29,986 nt of DNA from a virus (lineage: Duplodnaviria; Heunggongvirae; Uroviricota; Caudoviricetes): the IMG/VR virus record IMGVR_UViG_640753023_000011. One strand, written 5' to 3'. A program made the position numbers and the translations under genes. Shown one piece after another: positions 8,128 to 17,772 of the stretch. The notes beneath the pieces are model-generated. The model was not told where the DNA came from. It made no database searches and worked only from the letters and a program-made list of their open reading frames with translations. How positions within the stretch are numbered: the stretch's first letter is position 1; every line of letters starts with the position of its first letter.

Positions 8128-10575
8128 TTAACCGTCATGCATCATGCTGGCACGGGCGCGCGCACGTTTATCCCGCTCGTATTTTTCGAGCGCATCCTGT
8201 AACTGGCGGTCAAGCTGTGTCCCCGGCGCAGTACCACCCGTCAGGCTGATGTGATATTCGTTTTTACTCTGGTCCACATAAGAGCGGCCAGCCGGTGCCG
8301 TGACCGGCTGATAAGCCTGATAGCCTGCATAAGAGCTGGTCGCCGGAATATAACCACCGGTGCCATACGTGGCGGCATGAGTTCTGGCGGCGGTCTGGTC
8401 AAGTGTGTCTGACTCTTTGTTGATAACACCGAGTTTTTCCAGTACCCAGTCAATACCGCTGCGCAGTTTGTTGAACGCATTAAGCGGCAGCATCAGCGCG
8501 TCAGCCAGTGCCTGCCCGAACATGACGCCCGTGTCACGGCAACGGTTCAGGGTGTCCCGGGTGGCTTTAACCGGAGCAATCAGGTTTGTAAACCACTGCC
8601 ACGCGGCCTGTAACTTTTCGCCCAGCCAGTCAAACACCGGCTTAAGTGGCGTGAACAGCTCCCCCACCGGCGCAAATGCCGCTTTCAGCCCTTCAACCAC
8701 ACCGCCAAAGAATGCGCTGACAGGCTCCCAGTATTTACGGATAAGCAACGCCCCGGCGACAATGGCAGCCACCACGGCCACAACCGGCCAGCTAATCGCC
8801 CCGATGGCCGTCATAACAGCACTGCCAACCGTCGTGAAGATTGCCCCCATTGCGCCTGCTGCCGCGATAATAGCATTGATGCCGGTGATAACCGGCCAGG
8901 CTACGAGGCCAATGGCACCAATGATGCCAGTCAGCGCCAGTGCACCACCGGCAATTAGGCCAATGGTTAACGCCAGTGATTTGTTTTTCTGGATCCAGCC
9001 GTCGAGTTTTAACACATACTTTGTGGCCGTCTGCGTGAGCTTACGCAGTGCGCCTTCCTGCTGGTCAAACAGGTCAGTCCCCACCGCCTCATAAGCGGAC
9101 TGAAACTCCTTAAAGTCACCGCCGAGGTTGTCCTGCATGATATTTACCAGTTCTGCGGTCTTTCCGTCTGAGGCTTTAAACGCAGCGGTCAGTTTGTCCA
9201 GCTTTCCGGTTGAGGCGGCAGTCATCAGCACGGCGGCGGCTGAACTGGCCTCCTCCCCGAAAATGGTTTTCATGTATTCAGCCTGCTGGGCAGTACCGAG
9301 CCGGTTTTTCTCAAAACTGGCCTGCATTTCTTTCAGAATGGTAAATACTGGTCGGGTGTTTCCCTTACTGTCTGAGGTTTTCACACCAAGCTCTTTGAGT
9401 GCATCCCATGCTTTTCCCGTCGGTGCCTGCAGGCGGCTTAACACGGCACGGCTTCCCGTTCCCGCCATTGAACCGGTAATTTTTGCATCATGCAGCGCCC
9501 CGACCATTGCGGCTGTTTCTTCAATGCTGACACCGGCATTTTTTGCCACAGGTGCGGCATAGGTCAGCGCATCGCTCATACCGTCAAAATCGGCGGCGGT
9601 TTTGTTCATCGTCATGGAGAGAACATCCCCGATATGAGCGACCTTATCGTTTGAAAGCTGAAAGGCGGATTTCATCCCCATCAGCAGGGCGGCGTTTTCT
9701 TCCATCGTGCGGCGGTTCGCCAGCGCCATATTCAGCGTGACCGGCGTTGCCGCCTGAATGGCATCAACATCCCCACCGGCTTTCGCAATGATAATCTGCG
9801 CACCGGCAGCATCATCCGCCGAGGCGGCTGTGTTGTCGCCGAGCTGGCGCGCCTGTTTGCGTAGCGCGGCCATTTCGGCAGAATCTTTTGCCACACCGAG
9901 CACGGCCTGTAATTCTGAGTTTTTCTGCGCAAATTCATAACCGGGCATCAGCAGCTTAACACCGGCCATCGTTCCCGCCGCCGCAATCCCCACACCGGCA
10001 GCGCCCACTGAGGCCATATTTCCGGCCAGCTCCTTTCCTGCCTGATAGCGCTGTTTTACTGCGTTAAGTTTTGCCTGTTGCGCACTGACACGCGCCAGCG
10101 CGTCACGCTGCCGGTTAAGCTGTGCGGTGGTTTCACTGATACGGTTTTTCAGCCCCAGCTCATCATGTGCAAGATTGCGGGTATTAATTCCCACAGCGGC
10201 CAGTTCCCGCTGCTGGCGTTTAACGGAATCCGTCAGGCGGTTATATTTCGCCTGTAAGTCCTCCGCCGCACGCTTTGCGGATTCCAGCACTTTCGCCTGA
10301 GCACGGGTCGGACGTTCAGTGTTTTTAAACTGTGTGGCAAGGGCTTCGGCCTCCTGCCGTGCCTTTTCAAGTGCATGACCAGTCACGGCGAGCTGTGCGC
10401 TGGTCTTGCGAAATCCCTCAATACGGGATGCCTGACCATTCAGCTCGCGCAGTGATTTTTGTGTTTCCCGGATATCCCCCGACAGCGACTTGCTCGCTGT
10501 GCGGATGGATTTAAACGGGCGGGATGCCTGGTCAACAGCCCTGAGCAATACCTGTAATTTTACATTGTTACTCAT
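8128..10575 (-). CDS. T: tail tape measure protein (gpT-like)
   Basis: 815 aa; coiled-coil-rich N-terminal part, Gly/Ala-rich hydrophobic central segments, typical of tape measure proteins; lies downstream of E/E'. Confidence 0.85.
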   Translation of the reverse strand: MSNNVKLQVLLRAVDQASRPFKSIRTASKSLSGDIRETQKSLRELNGQASRIEGFRKTSAQLAVTGHALEKARQEAEALATQFKNTERPTRAQAKVLESAKRAAEDLQAKYNRLTDSVKRQQRELAAVGINTRNLAHDELGLKNRISETTAQLNRQRDALARVSAQQAKLNAVKQRYQAGKELAGNMASVGAAGVGIAAAGTMAGVKLLMPGYEFAQKNSELQAVLGVAKDSAEMAALRKQARQLGDNTAASADDAAGAQIIIAKAGGDVDAIQAATPVTLNMALANRRTMEENAALLMGMKSAFQLSNDKVAHIGDVLSMTMNKTAADFDGMSDALTYAAPVAKNAGVSIEETAAMVGALHDAKITGSMAGTGSRAVLSRLQAPTGKAWDALKELGVKTSDSKGNTRPVFTILKEMQASFEKNRLGTAQQAEYMKTIFGEEASSAAAVLMTAASTGKLDKLTAAFKASDGKTAELVNIMQDNLGGDFKEFQSAYEAVGTDLFDQQEGALRKLTQTATKYVLKLDGWIQKNKSLALTIGLIAGGALALTGIIGAIGLVAWPVITGINAIIAAAGAMGAIFTTVGSAVMTAIGAISWPVVAVVAAIVAGALLIRKYWEPVSAFFGGVVEGLKAAFAPVGELFTPLKPVFDWLGEKLQAAWQWFTNLIAPVKATRDTLNRCRDTGVMFGQALADALMLPLNAFNKLRSGIDWVLEKLGVINKESDTLDQTAARTHAATYGTGGYIPATSSYAGYQAYQPVTAPAGRSYVDQSKNEYHISLTGGTAPGTQLDRQLQDALEKYERDKRARARASMMHDG

Positions 10576-10995
10576 TCGTGTTTCCGCTTCGCCGGAGCGC
10601 CTTTTCGCGCCATGTGATGAGTTCGGTCAGGCTCATGGGATACAGTTCTGATGGCGGCCAGTGAAATATCACTGCCACATCCGCCATCAGGTCATCGACC
10701 GAGAGATTTTTCGGAAACGTCACTGCACCGAGTTCGGCGACAAAAAACCGACCACCTTACCGGCCAGCGCCACAAGGTCAGGCAGTTCCAGCGCGGCGAC
10801 TTCCTGCTCGGTCAGCATCGGTGCCGTCATGCGCGGCAGCACCTTAATCAGTGCATCGACTTCGGAGTTTGCAACCGCAGCCAGACTGACACCGCGTAGC
10901 GTCCCGGCACTGGGTTTCATCAGCGTGACCTGTTCGATAACCTGCTCACCACGTTTGACCGGATTGTCCAGGGTAATGACATTTTCTTTGTTCAT
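10568..10995 (-). CDS. E: tail assembly chaperones gpE (10720..10995, 91 aa) and the -1 frameshift product E+E' (extends to 10568)
   Basis: The E ORF ends ...VVGFLSPNSVQ*; the mRNA contains the slippery heptamer T_TTT_TTG (plus-strand caaaaaa at 10741-10747). My manual translation of the -1 frame runs open from there to a TAA at 10568-10570, overlapping the T start codon. Confidence 0.75.
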
Positions 10996-11051
10996 GGTTT
11001 TCTCACTTCTGAATCAGGGTTAACCGGCCAGCCAGGCTGACCGGATGAAAA

Positions 11052-11570
11052 TCACAGGCCGATATTGCGGCGGTGTTGCTCCAGCCGATCGACGCCGTTC
11101 ACCTTCTCAATCATGTTGATGGTGTCAATTTCGACCAGCTCCTTACCGTCCATCGTCAGCCGGAAATAGGTGCAGACCACGGAGATTTTCGACTCAGTGT
11201 CTTCTCCCTGTTTACCCTCGCCGGTGTCGATTTCTTTCTGACGTCCACGCATGACCACTTCGACGGCCACCGTTTCGCCGGTATCGTCGCGCTGGTAAGA
11301 GCCTGCAAAACGAATCGGCACGGCATCCACACCGGTTGCGGCGTAAAGCTCCCAGATAACCGAATCCGGGAAGCCACCGAGCGACCACTCCATTGACAGC
11401 GCATCGTCATCAAGGCCGAGGTCTACCGGTGCGCTGCCGTTCATCCCCGCACCGCGATAGTTTTCGAGCTTACGGGTCAGTTTTGGCAGCGTGACGGACT
11501 TTGCAACGCCCTGATAGCTGTAGCCGTTCAGAAAGACGTTCATTAACTTGAGTTTGCGCGGCATTGCCAT
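11052..11570 (-). CDS. FII: tail tube protein (gpFII-like)
   Basis: 172 aa; position immediately downstream of the sheath gene as in P2. Confidence 0.8.
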   Translation of the reverse strand: MAMPRKLKLMNVFLNGYSYQGVAKSVTLPKLTRKLENYRGAGMNGSAPVDLGLDDDALSMEWSLGGFPDSVIWELYAATGVDAVPIRFAGSYQRDDTGETVAVEVVMRGRQKEIDTGEGKQGEDTESKISVVCTYFRLTMDGKELVEIDTINMIEKVNGVDRLEQHRRNIGL

Positions 11571-11582
11571 CGGTCAGGCTCC

Positions 11583-12443
11583 TTAATTGCTGTTAACCGA
11601 GGTGACCAGATTTGCCAGGTATTTATCGGTAATACGCTGGCGCAGGGTCAGGTTTTCGAGAGGAGGCACCGGTGTATAGTCGTAGTCGATATACAGTTTT
11701 CCGGCCTTGAGGGTTTCCGCATCGTTGGATTCTTCGCTGAACCAGCATGAGCCATCCACGATATAGCCGTTTGTTTTCAGCTCACGGAATTTGGCATTGA
11801 TGCCGTCAACGATATCGCGAATCAGCGTTGCGGTGATGGGCTTGTCCACCGCCCACATGTGCGCCTCAGCCATCGTGTCGGCCAGCACCTGCGCGGTGCG
11901 GGTGTAGTTTTCAAAGAGAAACAGCGGGTCATCAGAGCAGGTACGGTTACCCCAAAAGCGGAAACCGTCGCGGCGAATCAGCGTAGTGACGCCTGACTCG
12001 TTAAGCAGGTCAGCATCGGTGCCGGACTCCTGCAAATCCCAGAATACAGAGGCGCTGATGCCGGTAACACCGTTTACCCCGACGTTGGACAGCGTTTTAT
12101 GCCAGCCCTGCTCCTGGTCGATTTTAGCGCGCAGACCCAGCGCACGGGCGGTGGCATACGCGGTGGCGGTGGTACTGGTGACCGTATCCCATGCGAGGAA
12201 ATCCGGCCAGATGACCATCAGCTCACGCTGGCTGAAATTCTGGCGGTAGGCTTTCACCTCGGAAATGGTTTTACAGCCCCATGCGCTGATATACCCGAAA
12301 GCGCGCAGCTTCTGACAGACGGATGCCAGTGCAACAGCCACCTCTTTGGTATCCAGTCCCGGCACACCGAGAATACGCGGTTTAACACCGGTTACCGACT
12401 CCGCCGCCAGCAGGTGCGTATTACCGTGAAGGAGATCGGTGAG
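11583..12443 (-). pseudogene. FI: tail sheath protein (gpFI-like), 5'-truncated at the IS boundary
   Basis: 288-aa ORF where ~390-400 aa is expected for a myovirus sheath; the ORF's first codons lie at or within the IS21-family left end. Confidence 0.75.
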
Positions 12444-12499
12444 TAACATCGATGGAGATCGGTTCGTGTCACTTTCACAGAACCGTTTTTAAATTACCT

Positions 12500-13249
12500 T
12501 CACTGATCTCCTTCGGTCAACGGAGATTGTATTTTCCGCATTGATTCTCCTTTAAGTTCGATCTTGATACTGCCATGAACCAGTCGATCTAGGATGGCAT
12601 CCGCATGTGTGGAGTCTCCGATCATTTTGTACCAGTTTTCCACCGGCAACTGGCTCACTACGATGATTGAGCCTCGTTGGTACATCAGATCCACTATTTC
12701 CAGCAGGTCGCTACGCTGTTCTGATGAGAGAGGTTCCAGCCCCCAGTCATCCAGAAGCAGCAGATCGCTATTATTCAGCCTGGTCAAAAGTTTGCTGTAT
12801 CTTCCATCAGCATGCCCCTGATAGCACTGTTCCATCAGCGCTTTAAGGCGATAATAGTAGACCTTGTATCCCTGTCGGCAGGCATTATGACCAAGTGCAC
12901 ATGCCAGGAACGTTTTACCGCTGCCGGTGGCCCCGGTCAGTAAAATATTTTGTTTCAGGGTTAACCAGTTTCCCTGACTGAGTGAACGGATGAGGGCCCT
13001 GTCCAGCCCTCTATTGTTACGATAATCCAGCTTTGATAACTCAGCATTAAGTCTGAACCGTGCATGTTTGATCAGACGCTCTGCCTTCCTGTTTTCACGG
13101 CAGGTTAGTTCTTCTGCTGTCAGTAATGACAGGCGTTCTTCGAAGCCCAGCTCCTGGTATGTGCCCGGCTGAGCAAGTTGCTTTTTAAGCGCATCACGGA
13201 AGCCGGTGAGTTTAAGTGCGGTCAGTTGTTCGTAAAGATGATTCATCAT
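12500..13249 (-). CDS. istB: IS21-family IstB transposition helper ATPase
   Basis: 249 aa with Walker A (GATGSGKT) and Walker B (LLLLDDWG) motifs; located downstream of istA. Confidence 0.85.
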   Translation of the reverse strand: MMNHLYEQLTALKLTGFRDALKKQLAQPGTYQELGFEERLSLLTAEELTCRENRKAERLIKHARFRLNAELSKLDYRNNRGLDRALIRSLSQGNWLTLKQNILLTGATGSGKTFLACALGHNACRQGYKVYYYRLKALMEQCYQGHADGRYSKLLTRLNNSDLLLLDDWGLEPLSSEQRSDLLEIVDLMYQRGSIIVVSQLPVENWYKMIGDSTHADAILDRLVHGSIKIELKGESMRKIQSPLTEGDQ

Positions 13250-13260
13250 TGGATCCCGTA

Positions 13261-14803
13261 TCAGTGGTAATACTCACTGCCGCGTACGTTTTCGTGTTCC
13301 ATCGTGGATAACAGATCTGGTTTTGGATCCTGAACAGGTTGTTTATCCAGACCTTTTTCCAGGATCGATTTAATACCTGACAGACGCCATACCTTTGTTT
13401 TCAGAGCTCTTGCACATGCTGCATTAAGTCTGGCTTTACTGTATTTTTTATGAAGGTTCAGGAGTCCAAGGCAGAAGCGATAGCTTTGTTCCGGATGTGG
13501 ACGAGAGTTCAGTATATGAAGCACATAACTATGAGTTTCACTGCCTATGTGCCCCGCCCATTCCAGAAGACGCTCTGGCGTCCAGGTGGCATGCTGTCGA
13601 TGAGCTTCAGGCATGTGCTCGTTGCGGGTACTGTAGCCATAAGTACGCTTGCGCGGGTGCACAGCAACCTCCTGCCCCTGATTGAAGAGTCTTACCAGTT
13701 CTCCGGAGATCCATGCTTCCAGTTGCTGGCCTAACAGCGAACATGGAACCGAGTAGTAATGTTTGTCGATTTCCACGTGGTAATCGGCATGAACTCTGAC
13801 TTTCTTCACCAGGGTGTAACTGTAACTGGCTTCAGGAAGAGGCTTCAGTGCGGGTTTATCAAGCTGGATGAAGAGTTCTGCACGTGAATAACCCAACTTC
13901 TGCATTATTTTGTTATTCAGTCTTTCCAGCAACTCCCGAATGCGCTGATTAAGCGATGCAAGGCTGTAGAAGATCTCATGCCTGATTCGGGCCATGATCC
14001 AGCGTTCAACAACCTGAACGCCAACTTCAGCTTTGGCTTTATCTTTTCGGTTTACGTGGCCGCGCAGGCAAAACTGCGACATTATAATGCTCAAGCATCT
14101 GCTGGTAGGTAGGGTTAACGTCAGGATCATACTTACATGCCCTGGATGTGGCGCTTTTCAGATTGTCCGGAACAACAAGTTCAGGAACGCCACCCAACCA
14201 CTGGAAGCAGCGAACATGACTCATCACCCAGTCTTCAAGCTGCTGAGACCAGGTGGCCTCTGCCCATGTGTAACTTGATGCCCCGAGAACAGCTACGATG
14301 ACCTGAGCAGTTCTTATTTCTCCGGTCTCAGGGTCGGTAACGCCAACGGTAGGTCCACAGTAATCAACGAAAAGTTTTTCGCCAGCTTTATGTACCTGAC
14401 GCATTGATGGTGAAGTGGTTTTGAGCCATTCACGGTACATCCGGCAGTAATGGTTATAGCTGTAAAAACCGCCTGGATTACGCTCACAGTATTCTTCCCA
14501 GAGTAGCTGCAGCGTCACGCATTTATTACGCAGTTCCCGGTGTACTGTAGCCCAGTCAGGCAGAGAGTGCTTCTTCATCTTAACCTGGGTCTGAAGGAAC
14601 GCATGTTTTAGTTTTGTATCATCCCATCCTGTAGGTAAGGGCCACTGCTTTATGCCAAGTTGAGCCGCCCGATTAGCATATCTGGATACAACGGAAGGGG
14701 AGATTGCAAGACTACGACCAATTTGTCGATGGCTGAGTCCAACACCGTATTTAAGCCTAAGAATTTCTTTAAGTTTTCTCATAGAAATTGGAACTGTTGG
14801 CAT
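13261..14803 (-). pseudogene. istA: IS21-family IstA transposase, split by a frameshift into 254-aa and 289-aa ORFs
   Basis: N-terminal ORF (14039..14803) has an HTH and ends ...RPRKPKR*; the C-terminal ORF (13261..14130) continues in another frame with ...[11 protein letters not shown]...; the shift maps to a T4 (mRNA A4) run at 14044-14047. Confidence 0.7.
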
Positions 14804-14917
14804 AGGTATCCTTTACCGGAATGGCAAAAGATACAGATCAACACACCTGTGAAGTTCCAATAACATTGATGGAGATCACTGAATAACAAAATGAGTCAAA
14901 AGTGATCTCCATCGATG

Positions 14918-15829
14918 TTATTCAGCGATCTTAAAACTACCCATATCAGATATCCGATTAGCCCGCGTACCTACATGTATTGCAGCGCCTTCTCCCAAAC
15001 CAAGGTATGCGAGAAGACCGGCAACATCCTTTCCACTCAAATGAGTCAGCGTCTCATCCAGTGGCTGCTTACCTGACAGCGCATTGTTAATGGTGGTGCT
15101 GAATTTCGGGTCATTGTTAATGGCTGCGGCAATTTCTTTCAGTGTGTCCAGCGTGGCTGGCGCACCGTTAATCAGAGCGGTAATAGCGGCCTGAACAAAC
15201 GCAGTGGTCGCAATCCGCGTGGTGTTATTTCCTGCGGCAGGCGTCGGCGCTTTTGGTTCTCCGGTAAATGTCGGATTATGTTTCTGCGCATACTGGGTAT
15301 GAGGATCCTGTGCGGCAATGTGGTTTCTCATCTGGTCATCCACATACAGCCTTAATTCCAGGACTTCATCATCCACGTATTTACGGGTCGCCAGTACCAC
15401 CGACGGGTCGATTTTCAGCGTGATAGCTTCGGTATTCGTGACAACCAGAATCATGCGGATAGTCTGGGTACGACCGCTGCCTTCCTGCAACTGCGGTTTG
15501 TACGTTTCCGGGCAGTTCGCCACCGCAATGAGTACGCCTTCATCATCATAAAGCCCAATCTCACGGATCCAGAATCCGCCCTCGTTCTCAGGGATGATTT
15601 GCTCCGCAATAATCTGGCTCTGGTTGTTCGGGTCAACACTCAGAAGATTCAGCGGCGCGATGCGTTTCTGGTTAATCAGTTTTGTCTGTGCCGGGTCTGG
15701 TGTCGGCAAGACACCATTCGCATCACCAACGGCCATTTGCGTCAGATTCAGCTTACTGCCGAGCATCGTCGCGTTAGCCAGCCGTGCTGCGCCCTGATTA
15801 GTCAGAATGGCGTAGTATTTCACTGTCAT
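14918..15829 (-). pseudogene. H: tail fibre protein (gpH-like), 3'-truncated at the IS boundary
   Basis: 303-aa ORF with an N-terminus resembling P2 H (MAVGD..G.LP.P...QT.L; GGFW.RE.GLYDD.G.LIAVAN; YKP.L.EGSGR); its stop is supplied by the IS right end; full-length H-type fibres are much longer. Confidence 0.75.
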
Positions 15830-16437
15830 GCGTTTACTCTCAGGTTATCAATTAAATGAATGGCCGAGGCCGGGAAATAATCCCCTCCGACAATAATGGC
15901 CTCTGGGGTGTAGGGATAAACCGTCAGGGCGTCACCGTGATAGCATCCCGCACCGGCAAAAATGTTGCCGGTTGTACTTAAACTGATAGCCAGTCCCGTC
16001 AGATGGCGACTTGCCGGTTTGGCATCAGCAACGAGGCGCTCCAGCTCCTGATACATTTCCTCGGTAATACCCTGCTCAAGCACGCCAACAACGATACGGA
16101 ACGTCCCCGGCTCCTCGTTGAGTTGCCACCACTCCCTCACCTCAATCAGATAGCCGAGCGGCTCCACCACACGGCGAATCGCACCAATAGTGCCCTTATG
16201 GCAGTGAATGAAATACGCATCGCGGATAACAGCGCGTTTGGTCGCTTCCGGCCATTTATCATCCCACCTGTCGACCGAAAATGACCACGCCAGCCACGGC
16301 AGCAGATTTGCCGGGCAGGTGTCCGGGTTCCACAGCTCACGAATACTGACCGGTGTTTTTTCAATTTCCGCACAGGCTTTTGCGGCGGCGACTTCAAGCG
16401 GCGATGAGCCAGTTGGCAGCAGTCGCGAATCACTCAT
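15826..16437 (-). CDS. I: baseplate assembly protein (gpI-like)
   Basis: 203 aa; position between J and H as in P2; start overlaps the J' stop. Confidence 0.7.
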   Translation of the reverse strand: MSDSRLLPTGSSPLEVAAAKACAEIEKTPVSIRELWNPDTCPANLLPWLAWSFSVDRWDDKWPEATKRAVIRDAYFIHCHKGTIGAIRRVVEPLGYLIEVREWWQLNEEPGTFRIVVGVLEQGITEEMYQELERLVADAKPASRHLTGLAISLSTTGNIFAGAGCYHGDALTVYPYTPEAIIVGGDYFPASAIHLIDNLRVNA

Positions 16438-16918
16438 CCGAGCCTCCGGTCACGACGCTGTATTCAGTACAGAAAGACGCCTGCGTACTGTTGAGCACAA
16501 TGTCAGCCAGCGGTGCAGTCAGTTCGACACGCTGCACGCCTTCCACATGCAAAGCGGCATAAATGGCAGACAGACGGATGTCGCGCCCAAGCCGGTGCTG
16601 TGCCGTGATGTACGCTTCCAGTTTTTTCACGGCAGCAGCGCGGATGGGTTCGCTTTCGGGACCAGGGTAAAGGTAAAGCGTGGCGTTTATCTGGTATTCA
16701 ACAATGGCGGCAGACTGCACGGTCACGCGGTCGGCCACCGGTCTGACGTCCTCGCCATTCAGGGCGTTACGCACCACGGCCAGCAGGTCTTCGGATGCGA
16801 CACCGTTATTTTCACGTGACAGCACGGAGATGGTGACGCAGGCCGGAGACGGACTGGTGACAGAGATATCCGCGACACGCCCGTCGGCACTGCGGCCATG
16901 ATACTGATAGGCTCCCAC
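16430..16918 (-). pseudogene. J: baseplate protein (gpJ-like), 5'-truncated; N-terminus of the called ORF derives from the repeat junction
   Basis: 162-aa ORF where ~300 aa is expected for P2 J; upstream sequence is the 38-bp tandem repeat array, not J coding sequence. Confidence 0.6.
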
Positions 16919-17097
16919 CGACCCGGCGCAGGGTCAGGTTTTCGAGAGGCTCCCACCGACCTGGCGCAGGGTCAGGTTTTCGAGAGGCTCCCACCGACCT
17001 GGCGCAGGGTCAGGTTTTCGAGAGGCTCCCACCGACCTGGCGCAAGGTCAGGTTTTCGAGAGGCTCCCAACGACCCGGCGCAGGGTCAGGTTTTCGC
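16910..17097. repeat. five tandem copies of a 38-bp unit (ggctcccaccgacc[c/t]ggcgca[g/a]ggtcaggttttcgaga)
   Basis: Direct reading: copies start at 16910, 16948, 16986, 17024 and 17062 with a strict 38-bp period and 1-2 substitutions per copy; the last copy decays after 17096. Confidence 0.9.
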
Positions 17098-17599
17098 TCA
17101 CGGGCGTTGCCACTGAAATCAGGTTTTCAGGGCTTAATTTGAAGCGGTTCAGGGGGTTGTGTTTTGCCGTGCGGCAGAATTCCAGGTATTCCGTGCCGAG
17201 GCTTGCCGGGTCATCGGTGACGGCCAGACCCACCAGATAACATTTGCCGGTGTTGGCAAAGTTCGGCTGAATTTCCATTGAGGTGTAGACCTTCTGCGCG
17301 GCCTTGTTCATCGCGATAAGGTCATCGGTCGGGGTGATTTTCGCAAACAGCGCCCATTTGCCTTTCAGCGCCGAATCATCGTCAATCTTTTCGGCCTTAA
17401 GTTCGGCCACATCGCCATAACGTTTAAAAATACCATCAGGCAGGATGCCGCGCAGATGTTCCAGGTTAATGCGGCAACCGTAGACACGCGGGTCAAAGGT
17501 TTCAGCCATTTCCTGAATATCCTGCGCACTGATGACACGCCCGTCACAGGTGTCACCCTCAACGCCGATACGAAAGAATTTTGAGACTTTTTTTGCCAT
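17048..17599 (-). pseudogene. O: capsid scaffolding protein (gpO-like), 3'-truncated and fused to repeat-derived codons
   Basis: Begins MAKKVSKFFRIGVEGDTCDGRV..., which I recognise as the P2 gpO N-terminus; ~183 aa retained where ~284 aa is expected; the C-terminal codons and stop lie inside the 38-bp repeat array. Confidence 0.7.
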
Positions 17600-17772
17600 T
17601 GTCAGGAGTCCTGAATAGTGATTAGAGGAGTCACATGTCGGCATCAGTTTCCCGACGATGCGCATCCTCCGCCATCAGTCCCGGATGGCTTATCACTGAC
17701 ACAACAGCACCTTAGCGAATCGCAGGGCGCGACTCAGTAGCCTTGCCGTGTATTCATCACGGCGAGGTATTC

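Larger units (their letters stand above)
12440..14924. mobile_element. IS21-family insertion sequence (istA-istB), boundaries +/- 5 bp
   Basis: 17-bp perfect terminal inverted repeats taacatcgatggagatc (12444-12460) and gatctccatcgatgtta (14904-14920), extendable to ~21 bp with one mismatch; internal ggagatc-type repeats near the ends; istA then istB organisation. Confidence 0.8.

Noticed and set aside
8405-9094. 229-aa plus-strand ORF, and others at 9128..9562 and 9543..9740, inside the tape measure gene
   Set aside because: Antisense to gpT; low-complexity Ala/Ser/Pro-rich products; no start context.
16208-16819. 203-aa plus-strand ORF across I/J
   Set aside because: Antisense to the baseplate genes, which match the P2 gene order; likely spurious.
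16910-17097. Possibility that the 38-bp repeat array is a CRISPR array
   Set aside because: The repeats are directly adjacent with no intervening spacers, and no cas genes are nearby; it is a tandem repeat, not CRISPR.
17743-17772. Upstream ATG as start of gene P (600-aa version)
   Set aside because: The downstream ATG at 17773 has a proper GAGG Shine-Dalgarno spacing and gives the conventional MTITTDTT N-terminus.
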